DNA of 64,000 bases from Planctomycetota bacterium (GCA_050248855.1 JBFWRP010000003.1:96001-160000), one strand, 5' to 3'. Positions 1 to 13,061 are shown, numbered from the stretch's first letter. The notes: generated from the sequence alone by a model not told the origin. Translations and numbers: made by a program.

Positions 1-1175
<1,175 letters not shown>

Positions 1176-1204
1176 GCGCCGGCGCGCTCCCGAGGAGATT
1201 TCCC

Positions 1205-1492
1205 ATGGCCATCCGTCCCCTGGACGACCGCGTCGTCGTCAAGCCGCTCGAGGCCGAAGAGAAGACGTCCGGCGGCATCCTGCTGCCCGACAGCGCCAAG
1301 GAGAAGCCGCAGCGCGCCACCGTCCTGGCGGTGGGCGAGGGCCGTCTCACCGACAAGGGCGAGCGCATCGCGCTCGCGCTCAAGGTCGGTGACCACGTGC
1401 TCTACGGCAAGTACAGCGGCACCGAGATCAAGTGGAACGGCGAGGAGCTGAAGATCCTCCGCGAGAGCGAGGTCCTCGCCATCCTCGACTGA
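1205..1492 (+). CDS. groES: Co-chaperonin GroES
   Basis: [54 protein letters not shown] upstream. Confidence 0.98.
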   Translation: MAIRPLDDRVVVKPLEAEEKTSGGILLPDSAKEKPQRATVLAVGEGRLTDKGERIALALKVGDHVLYGKYSGTEIKWNGEELKILRESEVLAILD

Positions 1493-1623
1493 CGTCGGAG
1501 TCGGTCGATCCCCCCGCGTGGCGCGCGCGTCCGGCGCCACGCGGTCCGCTTCCCCACGGACGCCGTCCCCGGTTTCGCAGCGCCCGCTCGAGGGCGCCGC
1601 GCCCCTTCACGGAGAGTGCCGAG

Positions 1624-3231
<1,608 letters not shown>

Positions 3232-3256
3232 TCGCGGAGGGCGCTACCATCGCGAC

Positions 3257-4387
3257 GTGACGGACGTGACCAAGCGCGACTACTACGAGGTCCTCGGCGT
3301 CGCCCGCGATGCCGACGAGGCCGCCCTGAAGCGCGCCTACCGTCGCCTTGCGCTGGAGAACCATCCCGACAAGCGGCCGGGGGACCAGGAGGCCGAGGAG
3401 CGCTTCAAGGAGGCGTCCGAGGCCTACGAGGTCCTCTCGGACCCCGACCGCCGCGCCCGCTACGACCAGTTCGGGCACGAAGGTGTGCGTCATGGCGGCT
3501 TCCGGGACGCCGCGTCCGTGTTCAGCAGCTTCGGCGACCTGTTCGAGCAGCTGTTCGGCGGGCGCGTCGCCACGGCCAGTCCGCGCGGTTCGAGCTTGCG
3601 CATCGACGTGGAGGTCCCGTTCGCGGACGTGGCGACCGGCGCCGAGCGAACGATCAGCCTGAAGCGCCTGGTGCCCTGCGACACGTGCAAGGCCTCGGGT
3701 TCGGCGGACGGGCGCGCGCCGGAGCGCTGCACCACCTGCGACGGCCAGGGCGCCATCCTGCGCAACACGGGCTTCTTCGCCATGCGCGAGATCTGTCCTC
3801 ACTGCGGCGGCGAGGGCCGTCGCGTGACCAAGCCGTGCGCGACGTGCCGCGGCGAGGGCAAGGTCCCGGGCCGCCGCGAGATCCAGGTGCGCATCCCGCC
3901 CGGGATCTACGACGGCGCGACGCTGCGCGTCCCGGGCGAAGGCGAGCCGGGCGTGCGAGGTGCGCCGCCGGGCGACCTGCACGTGCGCCTGCACGTGGGG
4001 CCGCATCCCCTGTTCCGTCGTTCCAGCGACGATCCGGCCGACCTGTTGGTCGACGTGCCCGTCCCCGTCTCCACGGCGTGGCTCGGCGGCCCGGTCGAAG
4101 TGCCCACGCTCGATGGTGCCGTCCAGGTGGACCTGGATCCCGGCACCCCGCCCGGGGCCACCGTGCGCGTGCGGGGTGCGGGCTTGCCGCGCTTCCAGCA
4201 AGGCGGTCGTGGCCACGTCTGGGCGCGCATCCAGTACGACGTCCCGAAGAGGCCCAGCCGCAAGCTCAAGCGCGCCCTGGAAGCGCTCGGCGAAGTCGAG
4301 GGGCCCGAACCGGGTCCGGCTCGCCGCGCCTTCCAGGACCTGGTGCGCGAGCACCAGCGCGACGCCGAGCAACGAGGTCGATCATGA
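3257..4387 (+). CDS. dnaJ: Chaperone DnaJ
   Basis: KRDYYEVLGV, HPD J-domain motif and four CxxC zinc-finger repeats (CDTC, CTTC, CPHC, CATC). GTG start with GGAGG upstream. Confidence 0.95.
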   Translation: MTDVTKRDYYEVLGVARDADEAALKRAYRRLALENHPDKRPGDQEAEERFKEASEAYEVLSDPDRRARYDQFGHEGVRHGGFRDAASVFSSFGDLFEQLFGGRVATASPRGSSLRIDVEVPFADVATGAERTISLKRLVPCDTCKASGSADGRAPERCTTCDGQGAILRNTGFFAMREICPHCGGEGRRVTKPCATCRGEGKVPGRREIQVRIPPGIYDGATLRVPGEGEPGVRGAPPGDLHVRLHVGPHPLFRRSSDDPADLLVDVPVPVSTAWLGGPVEVPTLDGAVQVDLDPGTPPGATVRVRGAGLPRFQQGGRGHVWARIQYDVPKRPSRKLKRALEALGEVEGPEPGPARRAFQDLVREHQRDAEQRGRS

Positions 4388-4947
4388 ACGAAGCCCGCCC
4401 GCAGGATCCCGAGCCGATCGAGGAACCGCCGGCCGCGGACGAGCCCGCGCCCGCTGCACCGAGCCACGAGGATCGCGTGCGCGAGCTCGAGGACAGGCTC
4501 CGTCGCGCCGAAGCCGAGTTCGTGAACGAGACGCGCCGCATCCGCCGCCAAGCCGACGAGCAGGGTCGCTACGCCGCCGAACGCGTCGTGGTGGATCTCC
4601 TGCCCGTGCTCGATGCGCTACAAGGCGCACGGAGCAGTCTCGGCGACGACGGGGACACGGCCGTCGTGCGCGAGGGACTCGACCTGGTCGAGCGCCAGCT
4701 GGCCGATGTACTGGCCCGCCACGGCGTGGAGCGCATCGAGGCGGAGGGCTTGCCCTTCGACCCCGCGTGCCACGAGGCCATGCTCATGGTGGACGACGCC
4801 AGTCGGCCCGCCCAGACCGTGGCCCGCGTGCTGCGCCACGGCTACCGCTTGCACGGTCGCGTCGTGCGCCCCGCGCAGGTCGTCGTCGCGCGTGGTGGCC
4901 AGGCGCAGGAGCGCGATGCGCAGGAGGCCGACGATGCCGACGTATGA
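4384..4947 (+). CDS. grpE: Nucleotide exchange factor GrpE
   Basis: RRAEAEFVNETRR, DLLPVLDAL, PFDPACHEA, GYRLHGRVVRPAQVVV; ATGA overlap with the dnaJ stop. Confidence 0.92.
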   Translation: MNEARPQDPEPIEEPPAADEPAPAAPSHEDRVRELEDRLRRAEAEFVNETRRIRRQADEQGRYAAERVVVDLLPVLDALQGARSSLGDDGDTAVVREGLDLVERQLADVLARHGVERIEAEGLPFDPACHEAMLMVDDASRPAQTVARVLRHGYRLHGRVVRPAQVVVARGGQAQERDAQEADDADV

Positions 4948-5266
4948 CTACGCGTGCGAGGCCTGCGGCCATCGCTTCGAGCACTTCCAGAGCATGAACA
5001 GCAAGCGCCTGGTCACGTGCCCGGTGTGCAAGAAGCGCAAGCTCGTGCGGCTGGTGGGCGCCGGCGCCGGCGTGATCTTCAAGGGCTCGGGGTTCTACGA
5101 GACCGACTACAAGCGCGCGGGCAGCAGCCCCTCGAAGGACGCCTCGACGTCGTCGTCCGACGGCGGCTCGGACGCGTCCGCGGGCAGATCGTCCGCCTCG
5201 GAGGGCGCCAAGCCCGCCTCGGACACCTCGAAGGGTGGGGGCAGCAAGGGCGCGGAGAAGGCGTGA
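4934..5266 (+). CDS. FmdB-family zinc-ribbon protein (putative regulator)
   Basis: MPTYDYACEACGHRFEHFQSM...CPVC...RLVGAGAGVIFKGSGFYETDY followed by a Ser-rich tail. Confidence 0.9.
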   Translation: MPTYDYACEACGHRFEHFQSMNSKRLVTCPVCKKRKLVRLVGAGAGVIFKGSGFYETDYKRAGSSPSKDASTSSSDGGSDASAGRSSASEGAKPASDTSKGGGSKGAEKA

Positions 5267-5484
5267 CCGGCGTTCCCAGGCCCACCCCGAGCGCCCCGTG
5301 CCCCACGTGCGGGGGCCCGGCCTCGCTCGGCCGGGACAACGGCGCGCGCCCGTTTTGCAGCTCCCGCTGCAAGTGGGTGGACTTGGGACGGTGGCTGGAT
5401 GGAACCTACCGTGTCCCGGCGGAGGAGGACGACGACGACCTCCCGCCGCCCCCCAGCCATGACCCCTCCGCCGACCGCTACTGA
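5263..5484 (+). CDS. yacG: DNA gyrase inhibitor YacG-family zinc-finger protein
   Basis: CPTCG...RPFCSSRCKWVDLGRWLDGTYRVP with acidic tail; GTGA overlap with the upstream stop. Confidence 0.88.
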   Translation: MTGVPRPTPSAPCPTCGGPASLGRDNGARPFCSSRCKWVDLGRWLDGTYRVPAEEDDDDLPPPPSHDPSADRY

Positions 5485-6565
5485 TCTCTGGCACGCCGCG
5501 GGCCGCGAGGGCCGCGACGTCCGCAAGCGCGTCGTGGCGGCCCTGGGGCTCGTCGTGGGCGTGGCCGCCGCCATGGTCGTGGCCGTTGGGGCACGCCTGC
5601 TGGCGGGCCAAGCCCTCGGCGACCTGCCCTGGTTGCGCCCCGTCGAGCTGGTGCTCGGGCCCCTGCGCGACGCCTGGCTCGAGGATCGTGACCTGGCGCT
5701 GGGTCTCCAGCTGCTGGCGCACGCGGCGGTGTTGCTGCTCGTGGCGGCGCGCTTCGGCGGCGAGCTCCACCGCCTCGCGGTCGTCGATCTCACGGGTTCG
5801 CACCGCGAGAGCGGCGTCGACGCGCGCCGCTTCGCCCGCGCCCACGTCGGTGCGTTCTACGGCGCGCGCATGGCCTACGTGGTCGGCGTGGTCGCCCCCG
5901 TCGTCGCCATCGGCACGCTTGCCCTGGCGGGCCGCCTCCCCGGTGTGCTCGGTGGGGCGGGCCTCGCGTTCGCGGTGGCCGTCGGCGGCGCCTTGGCCGT
6001 CGTCGCGGCGTTGGTCTTGCTGGGCGGCGCGTTCGGAGGCTTCCTGACGGGTCCGCTCGTCGCGGCCGAGGGCGCGGACGCCTTCGACGCCGTGACCCGG
6101 GCCTACGGCTACACGATCGACGGGCTTCCCGCCCTCGTGCTGCGTCGGGCGTGGTTCTTCCTCGGCGTGCTGCTCGGCAGCGCCCTGCGCGCCGTGCGCG
6201 GCCTGATCGGCCTGCTGCTCGGCCACGCGGCCCTGTCGGTGGGGGCACCCGACTCCTGGGCGCGCGCCCGCGCGATCCTGGCTGCCGGCGGTACCCCCCC
6301 CGATGCCGAGCGTCTGGGTCTCGGGTTCGGGGACCACCTCGTGGGGGCGGTGGCCCTCGCCGTGGTGGCCGGCTACGTGCTGTACGTACTGGCCGACTTC
6401 GTGGCGCGCCTCGTGTGCGCGCGCGCCGCCGTCTACCTGCTCACGCGGCGCGACCGCGACCACGTCCCCGTGCACGTGCTGCGCGCCGCACCCCGGGTGC
6501 GCGAAGCCACGCGCCCCGAAGAGGCCGGCTTCGAGGAGGTCGCGCGCCTCGGGGAGGACGAATGA
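5459..6565 (+). CDS. Multi-pass membrane protein, function unknown
   Basis: Several hydrophobic segments and AEGADAFDAVTRAYGY; overlaps both neighbours; start codon uncertain. Confidence 0.7.
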   Translation: MTPPPTATDLWHAAGREGRDVRKRVVAALGLVVGVAAAMVVAVGARLLAGQALGDLPWLRPVELVLGPLRDAWLEDRDLALGLQLLAHAAVLLLVAARFGGELHRLAVVDLTGSHRESGVDARRFARAHVGAFYGARMAYVVGVVAPVVAIGTLALAGRLPGVLGGAGLAFAVAVGGALAVVAALVLLGGAFGGFLTGPLVAAEGADAFDAVTRAYGYTIDGLPALVLRRAWFFLGVLLGSALRAVRGLIGLLLGHAALSVGAPDSWARARAILAAGGTPPDAERLGLGFGDHLVGAVALAVVAGYVLYVLADFVARLVCARAAVYLLTRRDRDHVPVHVLRAAPRVREATRPEEAGFEEVARLGEDE

Positions 6566-7338
6566 CCACCACGGGCGTCGGACTGCAGGTGCCCGTGCTC
6601 GAGGTGTTCTCGAGCGTCCAGGGCGAGGGCCCGCGCGTGGGCGAACGCCAGGTGTTCGTCCGCCTTGCGGGCTGCGACCTCCGGTGCGCCTTCTGCGACA
6701 CGCCGGAGAGCTTCCCCGCACCGCGCGTGGCGCGGCTCGAGACCAGCCCTGGGGGCCCCCGCGAAGAGCAGGTCAAGAACCCGCTTGGCGTCGATGCCCT
6801 GGTGGACGCCGTGCTGCGCTTGGACGAGCCCCGCGGCCTCCACGCGGCGGTCTCCATCACGGGCGGCGAGCCCTTGCTCCATCCGGCCGCCGTGCGCGCG
6901 CTCGCCGAGCGTTTGCGCGCCGCCGGGCTCGCCATCCATGTCGAGACGGGCGGGCACCGCCCCGGCGCGCTACGCCACGTGCTCGACGTCGTCGACCGCG
7001 TCAGCCCGGACCTCAAGCTCGAGAGCGCCACGGGCGAGCCCACGCCGTGGGAGGCGCACGCCGAGACGTACGAGCTTCTGGAGCAGGCCAAGAAGGGCGT
7101 CTGCGTGAAGGCGATCGTCGTCGCCACCACGCCGGCCGACGAGGTCGCGGCGGCCGCCCGCCACGCAGCGCGGTTCCTGCCGTCGGCGCCGTTCGTGCTG
7201 CAGCCCGTGACGCCGCGCGGCGACGGCATGGCCCGCCCGAGTGCGTCGCACCTGCTGCGCTTGCAGCGCGCCGCTGCGCACCACCACCGGGACGTGCGCG
7301 TGATCCCGCAGGTCCATCCGCTCCTGGGGGTGCGATGA
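6562..7338 (+). CDS. queE: 7-carboxy-7-deazaguanine synthase QueE-like radical SAM protein
   Basis: EVFSSVQGEG...VFVRLAGCDLRCAFCDT (CxxxCxxC), SITGGEPLL, ETGG, FVLQPV, VRVIPQVHPLL. Confidence 0.88.
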   Translation: MTTTGVGLQVPVLEVFSSVQGEGPRVGERQVFVRLAGCDLRCAFCDTPESFPAPRVARLETSPGGPREEQVKNPLGVDALVDAVLRLDEPRGLHAAVSITGGEPLLHPAAVRALAERLRAAGLAIHVETGGHRPGALRHVLDVVDRVSPDLKLESATGEPTPWEAHAETYELLEQAKKGVCVKAIVVATTPADEVAAAARHAARFLPSAPFVLQPVTPRGDGMARPSASHLLRLQRAAAHHHRDVRVIPQVHPLLGVR

Positions 7339-8090
7339 GCGAACGCGAGGGCGTCGATGTCTCCATGCGCACGCGCGCGCTGCGCGAGGAGGTCTCCGAG
7401 AAGTTCTTCCAGGGCACCGGCGCCACGTACGACCGCGTCGTGGCCTGGACCACGCTCGGCTTGGACAAGCGGTGGAAGAAGCGCCTCCTGGCCGCGGTCC
7501 CCACGGACGCGCGCCGCATCCTCGACCTCGCGTGCGGGACGGGCATCGTGCTGGAGGGGCTGCATCGTCGCGCACCGAAGGCCAAGCTCGTGGGCGTCGA
7601 CTTCACGGCGGACTACCTCGAGGTCGCCCGGCAGCGCATGGCGGCGACCGACGCCGACGTCACGTTCCTGCACACCAACGCCGAGGACATGGAGCTCGAG
7701 GGCACCTTCGACGTCGTCGTCTCCAGCTACATCCCCAAGTACGTGGACCCCGACGTGTTGCTGGCCCGGCTGGCGCCGCATCTCGAGCCCGGCACCGTGC
7801 TCGCCTTCCACGACTTCGCCTTCCCCCGCGGCGGGGCGCGCTTCCTCTGGCGCCGCTGGATGCGCCTGTTGGCTTGGCTGGGACCCAAGATCTGGCCTGC
7901 CTGGAAGGTTTGCTTCGACGAGAACCTGGAGCAGCTGATCGAGCAGTCCAAGTGGCACCGCACCTACCCGCAGGCCCTCGAGGCCCAGGGCTGGGTCGAC
8001 GTCCAGATGCACAAGCTCACCTGCCGCACCGCGATCCTCGTGACCGCCCGGCGGCCCGGGCGCGCGGCGGAGGGCCCTTCCTCGTCGTAG
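7335..8090 (+). CDS. Class I SAM-dependent methyltransferase, UbiE/MenG-like
   Basis: TYDRVVAWTTLGLDKRWKK, ILDLACGTG, GVDF; ATGA overlap with queE. Confidence 0.8.
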   Translation: MSEREGVDVSMRTRALREEVSEKFFQGTGATYDRVVAWTTLGLDKRWKKRLLAAVPTDARRILDLACGTGIVLEGLHRRAPKAKLVGVDFTADYLEVARQRMAATDADVTFLHTNAEDMELEGTFDVVVSSYIPKYVDPDVLLARLAPHLEPGTVLAFHDFAFPRGGARFLWRRWMRLLAWLGPKIWPAWKVCFDENLEQLIEQSKWHRTYPQALEAQGWVDVQMHKLTCRTAILVTARRPGRAAEGPSSS

Positions 8091-8129
8091 GCTGGGTATG
8101 CCCGTCGCCGCGGGGAGGAGATCGTCGTC

Positions 8130-9425
8130 ATGCAGGGAACGATGCTGGCCGCCGTCCTGGCGGTCGTGGCAGGCGCCGGGGGCTGGTGGATCGGCCGTGA
8201 GTCGGGCCGGGCTGGCGGAACCGAGGTCCAGACACCGGCCGAGGTTCGCGTGCAGGAGCTGTTGGAAGAGAACCGCCGCTTGACGCAGCAGCTGGCGTCG
8301 CGCGGCCCGGCGCTCGAAGGCACCGGAGACGGCATGGCCCCCTCGGCCCCCGAGGAGCCCACGCCCGGCAGCGTGTTGGCGGTGGGCGCCCAAGGCGAGC
8401 TCCATCTCGAGCCGCTGGACGCCATCGACTTCGCGGGCGCCAAGACGCCCGACGAGCTCATCCACCAGGTCCTCCGCTGGCTGCACACCAAGCTCGGCAA
8501 GGGGCGCCAGGGGCATCTCGAGATCCTCGAGTTCCTCGGTGAGCTCGGCACGAAGCAGAAGCAGGAAGAGCTCGAACCCCACTTCGAGCGCCTGTTCCAC
8601 GACGACGGCCCGCGCGTCGCCAAGCACCTCTATCCGCTGATCAAGTACGCCGTCGAGCACGACACGGAGGCCGTTGCGCTCACGGAGACGTTCTTCGAGC
8701 AGGCGGCCAACGACCCCGCGTGGTTCGCCGACCTCGACGACGACCCGTTCGAGGCGTTCACCGAGGGCCTCGGCTTCATGATGCCCGCCGTGGCCTCGGA
8801 CGCTCAGCTGGACCGCTTCCGCGCGCATGCGCAGAAGATCCTCGACACGCCCGAGGACCGGCAGCCCGAGGCGATCCGCAAGGCCCGCCGCGACATCCAG
8901 CAGCTGTTGATCGCGTGGTCGCCCCCGCTGTCCGTCGAGGAGGCCGTGGCCAAGCTCAAGCGGGGCGACCTGCGAACGGAAGAGCTGATCGCCTTGATGC
9001 CCCTGATCCCGGACGAGGCGTGGGCCCAGGTCGATCCGTTGCTCGTGCTCCAGCCGCTGGCCCTCCAGCAGGACTGGAGCCTCTTCCAGGTCATGCAGCG
9101 GTTGCCGGCGCTGGACGGTCGCCAGGTCGAGCGCCTGGACGACGCGATCGTCACGGCCTACGCCGGCACCGTCGAGCCCCAGGCTTGGTTCCTCCGCCAG
9201 TACGTCCAGGCTACGAAGCGGGACACGTGGAAGGCCGCGCAGCCCTTCCTGGAGCGGGCGGCCCTGCAGGGCGCACAGGCGGCCGAGGCCGTGGCCCAGC
9301 TCGCCTTCCAGATGCGCGGCGACGCCGCGCCGAGCCAAGAGGCGGTGCGCTGGCTGATCGAGCGTACCCAGCTCTCCGAGGACACGATCCGCCGCCTGAA
9401 GTCGCAGTTCCAGCTCGGCGATTGA
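8130..9425 (+). CDS. Hypothetical membrane-anchored alpha-helical protein
   Basis: 431-aa ORF with GGAGGAG RBS, N-terminal hydrophobic helix, short coiled coil and typical codon usage. Confidence 0.75.
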   Translation: MQGTMLAAVLAVVAGAGGWWIGRESGRAGGTEVQTPAEVRVQELLEENRRLTQQLASRGPALEGTGDGMAPSAPEEPTPGSVLAVGAQGELHLEPLDAIDFAGAKTPDELIHQVLRWLHTKLGKGRQGHLEILEFLGELGTKQKQEELEPHFERLFHDDGPRVAKHLYPLIKYAVEHDTEAVALTETFFEQAANDPAWFADLDDDPFEAFTEGLGFMMPAVASDAQLDRFRAHAQKILDTPEDRQPEAIRKARRDIQQLLIAWSPPLSVEEAVAKLKRGDLRTEELIALMPLIPDEAWAQVDPLLVLQPLALQQDWSLFQVMQRLPALDGRQVERLDDAIVTAYAGTVEPQAWFLRQYVQATKRDTWKAAQPFLERAALQGAQAAEAVAQLAFQMRGDAAPSQEAVRWLIERTQLSEDTIRRLKSQFQLGD

Positions 9426-9489
9426 CCGCCGGCCGTCAACACCGCGTCCGGACGCAGGGTGTTGCCAGCGCTCGGCTACCTTGCCGGGC

Positions 9490-10866
9490 ATGGCCGCTGA
9501 CGACCACGTCCCCGCGGCCCCGGCCGTGCCGCAGGTGGCGATCGTGGGCCGCCCCAACGTGGGCAAGTCCACCCTGCTCAACGCCCTCTGCCGCACCCGT
9601 GTGGCCATCGTGGAGCCGACCCCGGGCGTGACGCGCGACCGGGTGGGGGTGCTCTGCACCCTCGCCGAGCGCACGGTCGAGCTGGTGGACACCGGCGGCG
9701 TCGGCATCGTCGACCGCCAGGGCCTGGACGAGCACGTCGAAGCGCAGGTGCGCGAGGCGGTCGCCAGCGCGGCCGCGCTGATCTTCGTGGTGGACGCCCG
9801 CGAGGGCCGTACGCCGCTCGACGAGCGCGTGGCGAACATGCTGCGCCGCGCCGCCGACCGCGTGATCTTCGTGGCCAACAAGGCCGAGTCCGACCGGACC
9901 GAGTGGAACCTCGCGGACTTCGCCTCGCTGGGCTACGGCGAGCCGCTGGCGATCAGCGCCGAGCAGCGCATGAGCCTGGACGAGCTCGAGGAGCGGCTCG
10001 GCGCGCTCCTCCCCGAAGGCCAGGACCTGCCGCTACGTCTGCCGCCGCCCGACCTCAAGATCGCGCTGGTCGGTCGCGTCAACGCGGGCAAGAGCAGCCT
10101 CGTGAACGCGTTGCTGCGCATGGACCGCATGATCACGAGCGAGGTGCCCGGCACCACGCGCGACAGCGTCGACATCCGCTTCGAGCGCGACGGCAAGGCG
10201 GTCGTGGTCATCGACACGGCCGGCATCCGCAAGGAGCGCAAGGTCCAAGGCTCGGTCGACTTCTACGCCCAGCGGCGCAGCGAGAAGGCCATCCGCCGTG
10301 CCGACGTGACCGTGCTCGTGCTCGACGCCAGCCGCCCCGTGGAGCGCCTGGACCGCAAGATCGCGGGCTACGCCGTCGAGGGCGACCACCCCGTCATCAT
10401 CGTGGCCAACAAGTGGGACCTGAAGCCCGACGACCTCAAGGCCTCCAAGTTCACGCAGTACCTGGGCAAGGTGCTTCCCGGATTGGCGTTCGCACCGATC
10501 ATCTACACGAGCGCCGTGACCGGTCACAACGTGGACCGCATCCTGGACCTCGCGTGGCGTCTGCGCGAGCAGGCCCACACGCGCGTGGGCACGGGCGAGC
10601 TGAACCGCGCGCTCGAAGCCGCCACCGAGCGCCGGCGGCCGCGCGCGCAGGCAGGCAAGATGGGCCGCATCTACTTCGCGAGCCAGGTCGAGGTGGCGCC
10701 GCCCACGTTCCTGCTGTTCGTCAACGACCCCAAGCTGTTCCAGCCGGACTACCTGCGCTTCCTGCAGAACCGCTTCCGCGAGAGCCTGCCGTTTTCCGAG
10801 GTGCCGATCCGCCTGCGCTTGAAGGCCCGCGACCGCTCGCCGTCGAAGAACGAAGGCGGCCGGTGA
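9490..10866 (+). CDS. der: Ribosome biogenesis GTPase Der (EngA)
   Basis: Two G domains (GRPNVGKST/DTGG/NKAE and GRVNAGKSS/DTAG/NKWD) and a C-terminal PPTFLLFVND KH-like domain. Confidence 0.96.
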   Translation: MAADDHVPAAPAVPQVAIVGRPNVGKSTLLNALCRTRVAIVEPTPGVTRDRVGVLCTLAERTVELVDTGGVGIVDRQGLDEHVEAQVREAVASAAALIFVVDAREGRTPLDERVANMLRRAADRVIFVANKAESDRTEWNLADFASLGYGEPLAISAEQRMSLDELEERLGALLPEGQDLPLRLPPPDLKIALVGRVNAGKSSLVNALLRMDRMITSEVPGTTRDSVDIRFERDGKAVVVIDTAGIRKERKVQGSVDFYAQRRSEKAIRRADVTVLVLDASRPVERLDRKIAGYAVEGDHPVIIVANKWDLKPDDLKASKFTQYLGKVLPGLAFAPIIYTSAVTGHNVDRILDLAWRLREQAHTRVGTGELNRALEAATERRRPRAQAGKMGRIYFASQVEVAPPTFLLFVNDPKLFQPDYLRFLQNRFRESLPFSEVPIRLRLKARDRSPSKNEGGR

Positions 10867-11570
10867 GTCGCGTCCCCACGATCGTCGCGATGGGCGGTGG
10901 CGGCTTCCTCATGGAGCCCGACAACCCGCTGCTCGACGACTTCCTGCTCGGGCAGGCCGGTGTCGAACGACCGCGCGTGGCGTGGCTCGGGACGGCGATG
11001 GGGGACAGCGCGCGTGGCGTGGCCCTGTTCCACCGCGCCATGCAGACGCGCGACGTGCGACCGTCCCACGTCTCGCTCTTCGACCGCTCGGGCCCCGACC
11101 TGGCCGCCACGCTGCTGGCCCAGGACGTGATCTACGTGGGTGGGGGCAATACGGCCAACCTGCTCGCCGTCTGGCGCGTGCATGGTGTGGACCGGATCCT
11201 GGCCGAGGCGTGGCGGCGCGGCATCGTCCTCGGCGGCGTCAGCGCCGGGATGATCTGCTGGTTCGAGGCTGGCGTGACGGACAGCTTCGGACCGCTGGCG
11301 GCCTTGCCCGACGGGCTCGGCTTGCTGCCCGGCAGCGCCTGCCCGCACTGCGACGGCGAGGCCGAGCGCCGTCCGACCTACCGCCGCCTCGTCGGCGAGG
11401 GCTTCCCCGCGGGCGTGGCTGCCGATGACGGTTCCGCCCTCGTGTTCCGCGGCACCGCGCTGGAGGAGGTCGTGACCTCGCGACCGGCGGCGCGGGCGTT
11501 CCGCGTCGAGCGCGTCGGCGGCGAGGTGCGCGAGTCGGCCTTGCCCGTGCGCTACCTCGGCGCAGCCTGA
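10863..11570 (+). CDS. Peptidase E / S51-family peptidase
   Basis: IVAMGGGGF, DVIYVGGGNTANLLAVWR, nucleophile motif GVSAG, CPH; GTGA overlap with der. Confidence 0.88.
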   Translation: MSRVPTIVAMGGGGFLMEPDNPLLDDFLLGQAGVERPRVAWLGTAMGDSARGVALFHRAMQTRDVRPSHVSLFDRSGPDLAATLLAQDVIYVGGGNTANLLAVWRVHGVDRILAEAWRRGIVLGGVSAGMICWFEAGVTDSFGPLAALPDGLGLLPGSACPHCDGEAERRPTYRRLVGEGFPAGVAADDGSALVFRGTALEEVVTSRPAARAFRVERVGGEVRESALPVRYLGAA

Positions 11571-11590
11571 CCCGGGGCTGCCCGCGTGCC

Positions 11591-13018
11591 ATGCTGGTGC
11601 CGATGTCACCGCGCCCGCTCCGTCTCGCCCTCGCCTGCGCCCTGCTGCTCGTCGGCGCCCTCCGCGCCGCGGGGGCCGCGGAGCCCGTCACGGCGATCCC
11701 GCTCCACGACACGCCAGCCACGGTCATGCCGCCGACCGGCGATGGCTGGAAGCGGCGCGTGGAGGCGCCGGTGGTGGGCCAATGGAGCGTCACCTACACC
11801 TCGGCCGACGGGCTCGTGGTGCTGCAGGCCATCGCGTTCCCGCGCGATGGCTCGCCCGACGACGACCAAGTCGCGCTGCTGCGCCGTGCGGTGGACACGA
11901 TGTTCCGCACGCTGGCCGTCGACGGCTACGGCATGCCCGAGGTCGACACGTTCCGCATCCTGGGCGTGCCGGGTGCGGAGGGCCGCATCGAGGCGCTGTC
12001 CAACCAGCACAAGGTCGTGGGCCGGGCGCGGATCCTGACGCCGTCGGACACGCGCTACGCTTTCGCGTGGGGCGTGGCACGCGCCGATGCGCCCGCCGAC
12101 CTCGCGACCGTCGAGGCCTTCGTCGGCAGCCTCACGCCGCTGGCCCCGCGCCTGTTCACACCGGTCTTCCGCGCCGACCGAGAGGCCGAGGAGGAGCTCC
12201 TCGTGCTCGAGGGCGAGCCGCCCGTGCTGCGGCGCGACCTGGACGCCACGATGCGCCTGGTCGAAGAGGGCTTGGGCGTCCCGCTGTCGGCGGCCTGGCG
12301 CGAGCGCTTGGAGAGTGCCCTGCGCCTCGAGCTGGTTCGCGGGCCGCGCAAGGTCCGCGACGCCGTCCGCGCGGCGCACGAGGCGTTCGAGGCGCCGGAT
12401 GATCCCGAGGCCGCACCCCTTGGACCGGAGGCGCGGACCGCACTCGGCCGCGGCTTCTACCTGGACCACCTCGCGCGTCGCCTCGAAGGCGACACCAGCG
12501 CCGCCGGCTTCGTCGAGGCCTGGCACGGCGCGGAGCAGGTACTGGTCGACGACGACGGCGACCTGTTGCGCGCGTTGCACGTGGATGCGGCCCTGGAGAT
12601 GGCGGCTTTCCTCGGATCGATCGCCGCGGATGCCCCGCGCGGCGTCTCGCCCGGTGAACGCGAGCGGCTCCTGCCCTGGTGGAGCGAGCGCTTCCATGCG
12701 GCGGACGAGGTGACGCGTGCACGCTGGCGCACGCTGCCCGTGATCTGGCAGCGGCTGCGCCATCGGTTCGACACGGCCGACGACGCCAGGCGCCTGGCGT
12801 TCCGTCGCGACGTCCTGGCGCTCGTCCACGGCGACGACGTCGCGGCCGAGCTCGCGACGACGCCGACGGCCGCAGCTCTGCTGGCGTTCATCGGAGCGCA
12901 CCGTCCGCCCGGGCCCGAGGCGCTGGCCCGCAAGATGGCCGACGTGACGGCCGAGCGTCTCACCACCCTGGTCGCGCGCCTCGGGGACCCCACCGGAGAG
13001 GTGCCGCTGGGCTGGTAG
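11591..13018 (+). CDS. Hypothetical secreted protein
   Basis: Signal-peptide-like N-terminus (RPLRLALACALLLVGALRAAGA); alternative start at 11603; no recognised domain. Confidence 0.7.
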   Translation: MLVPMSPRPLRLALACALLLVGALRAAGAAEPVTAIPLHDTPATVMPPTGDGWKRRVEAPVVGQWSVTYTSADGLVVLQAIAFPRDGSPDDDQVALLRRAVDTMFRTLAVDGYGMPEVDTFRILGVPGAEGRIEALSNQHKVVGRARILTPSDTRYAFAWGVARADAPADLATVEAFVGSLTPLAPRLFTPVFRADREAEEELLVLEGEPPVLRRDLDATMRLVEEGLGVPLSAAWRERLESALRLELVRGPRKVRDAVRAAHEAFEAPDDPEAAPLGPEARTALGRGFYLDHLARRLEGDTSAAGFVEAWHGAEQVLVDDDGDLLRALHVDAALEMAAFLGSIAADAPRGVSPGERERLLPWWSERFHAADEVTRARWRTLPVIWQRLRHRFDTADDARRLAFRRDVLALVHGDDVAAELATTPTAAALLAFIGAHRPPGPEALARKMADVTAERLTTLVARLGDPTGEVPLGW

Positions 13019-13061
13019 GATCCGCCGCGCCCGGAAGATCGCGGGCGGGAGGGCTGGTCCG

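Noticed and set aside
1595..1622. CIRCE (HrcA) operator before groEL copy B
   Set aside because: Only a GAGTGC half-site, with no GCACTC arm at 9-bp spacing.
6562..7338. queE as part of a 7-deazaguanine DNA-modification (dpd) defence island
   Set aside because: No dpdA/tgt, queC, queD or folE nearby; housekeeping context.
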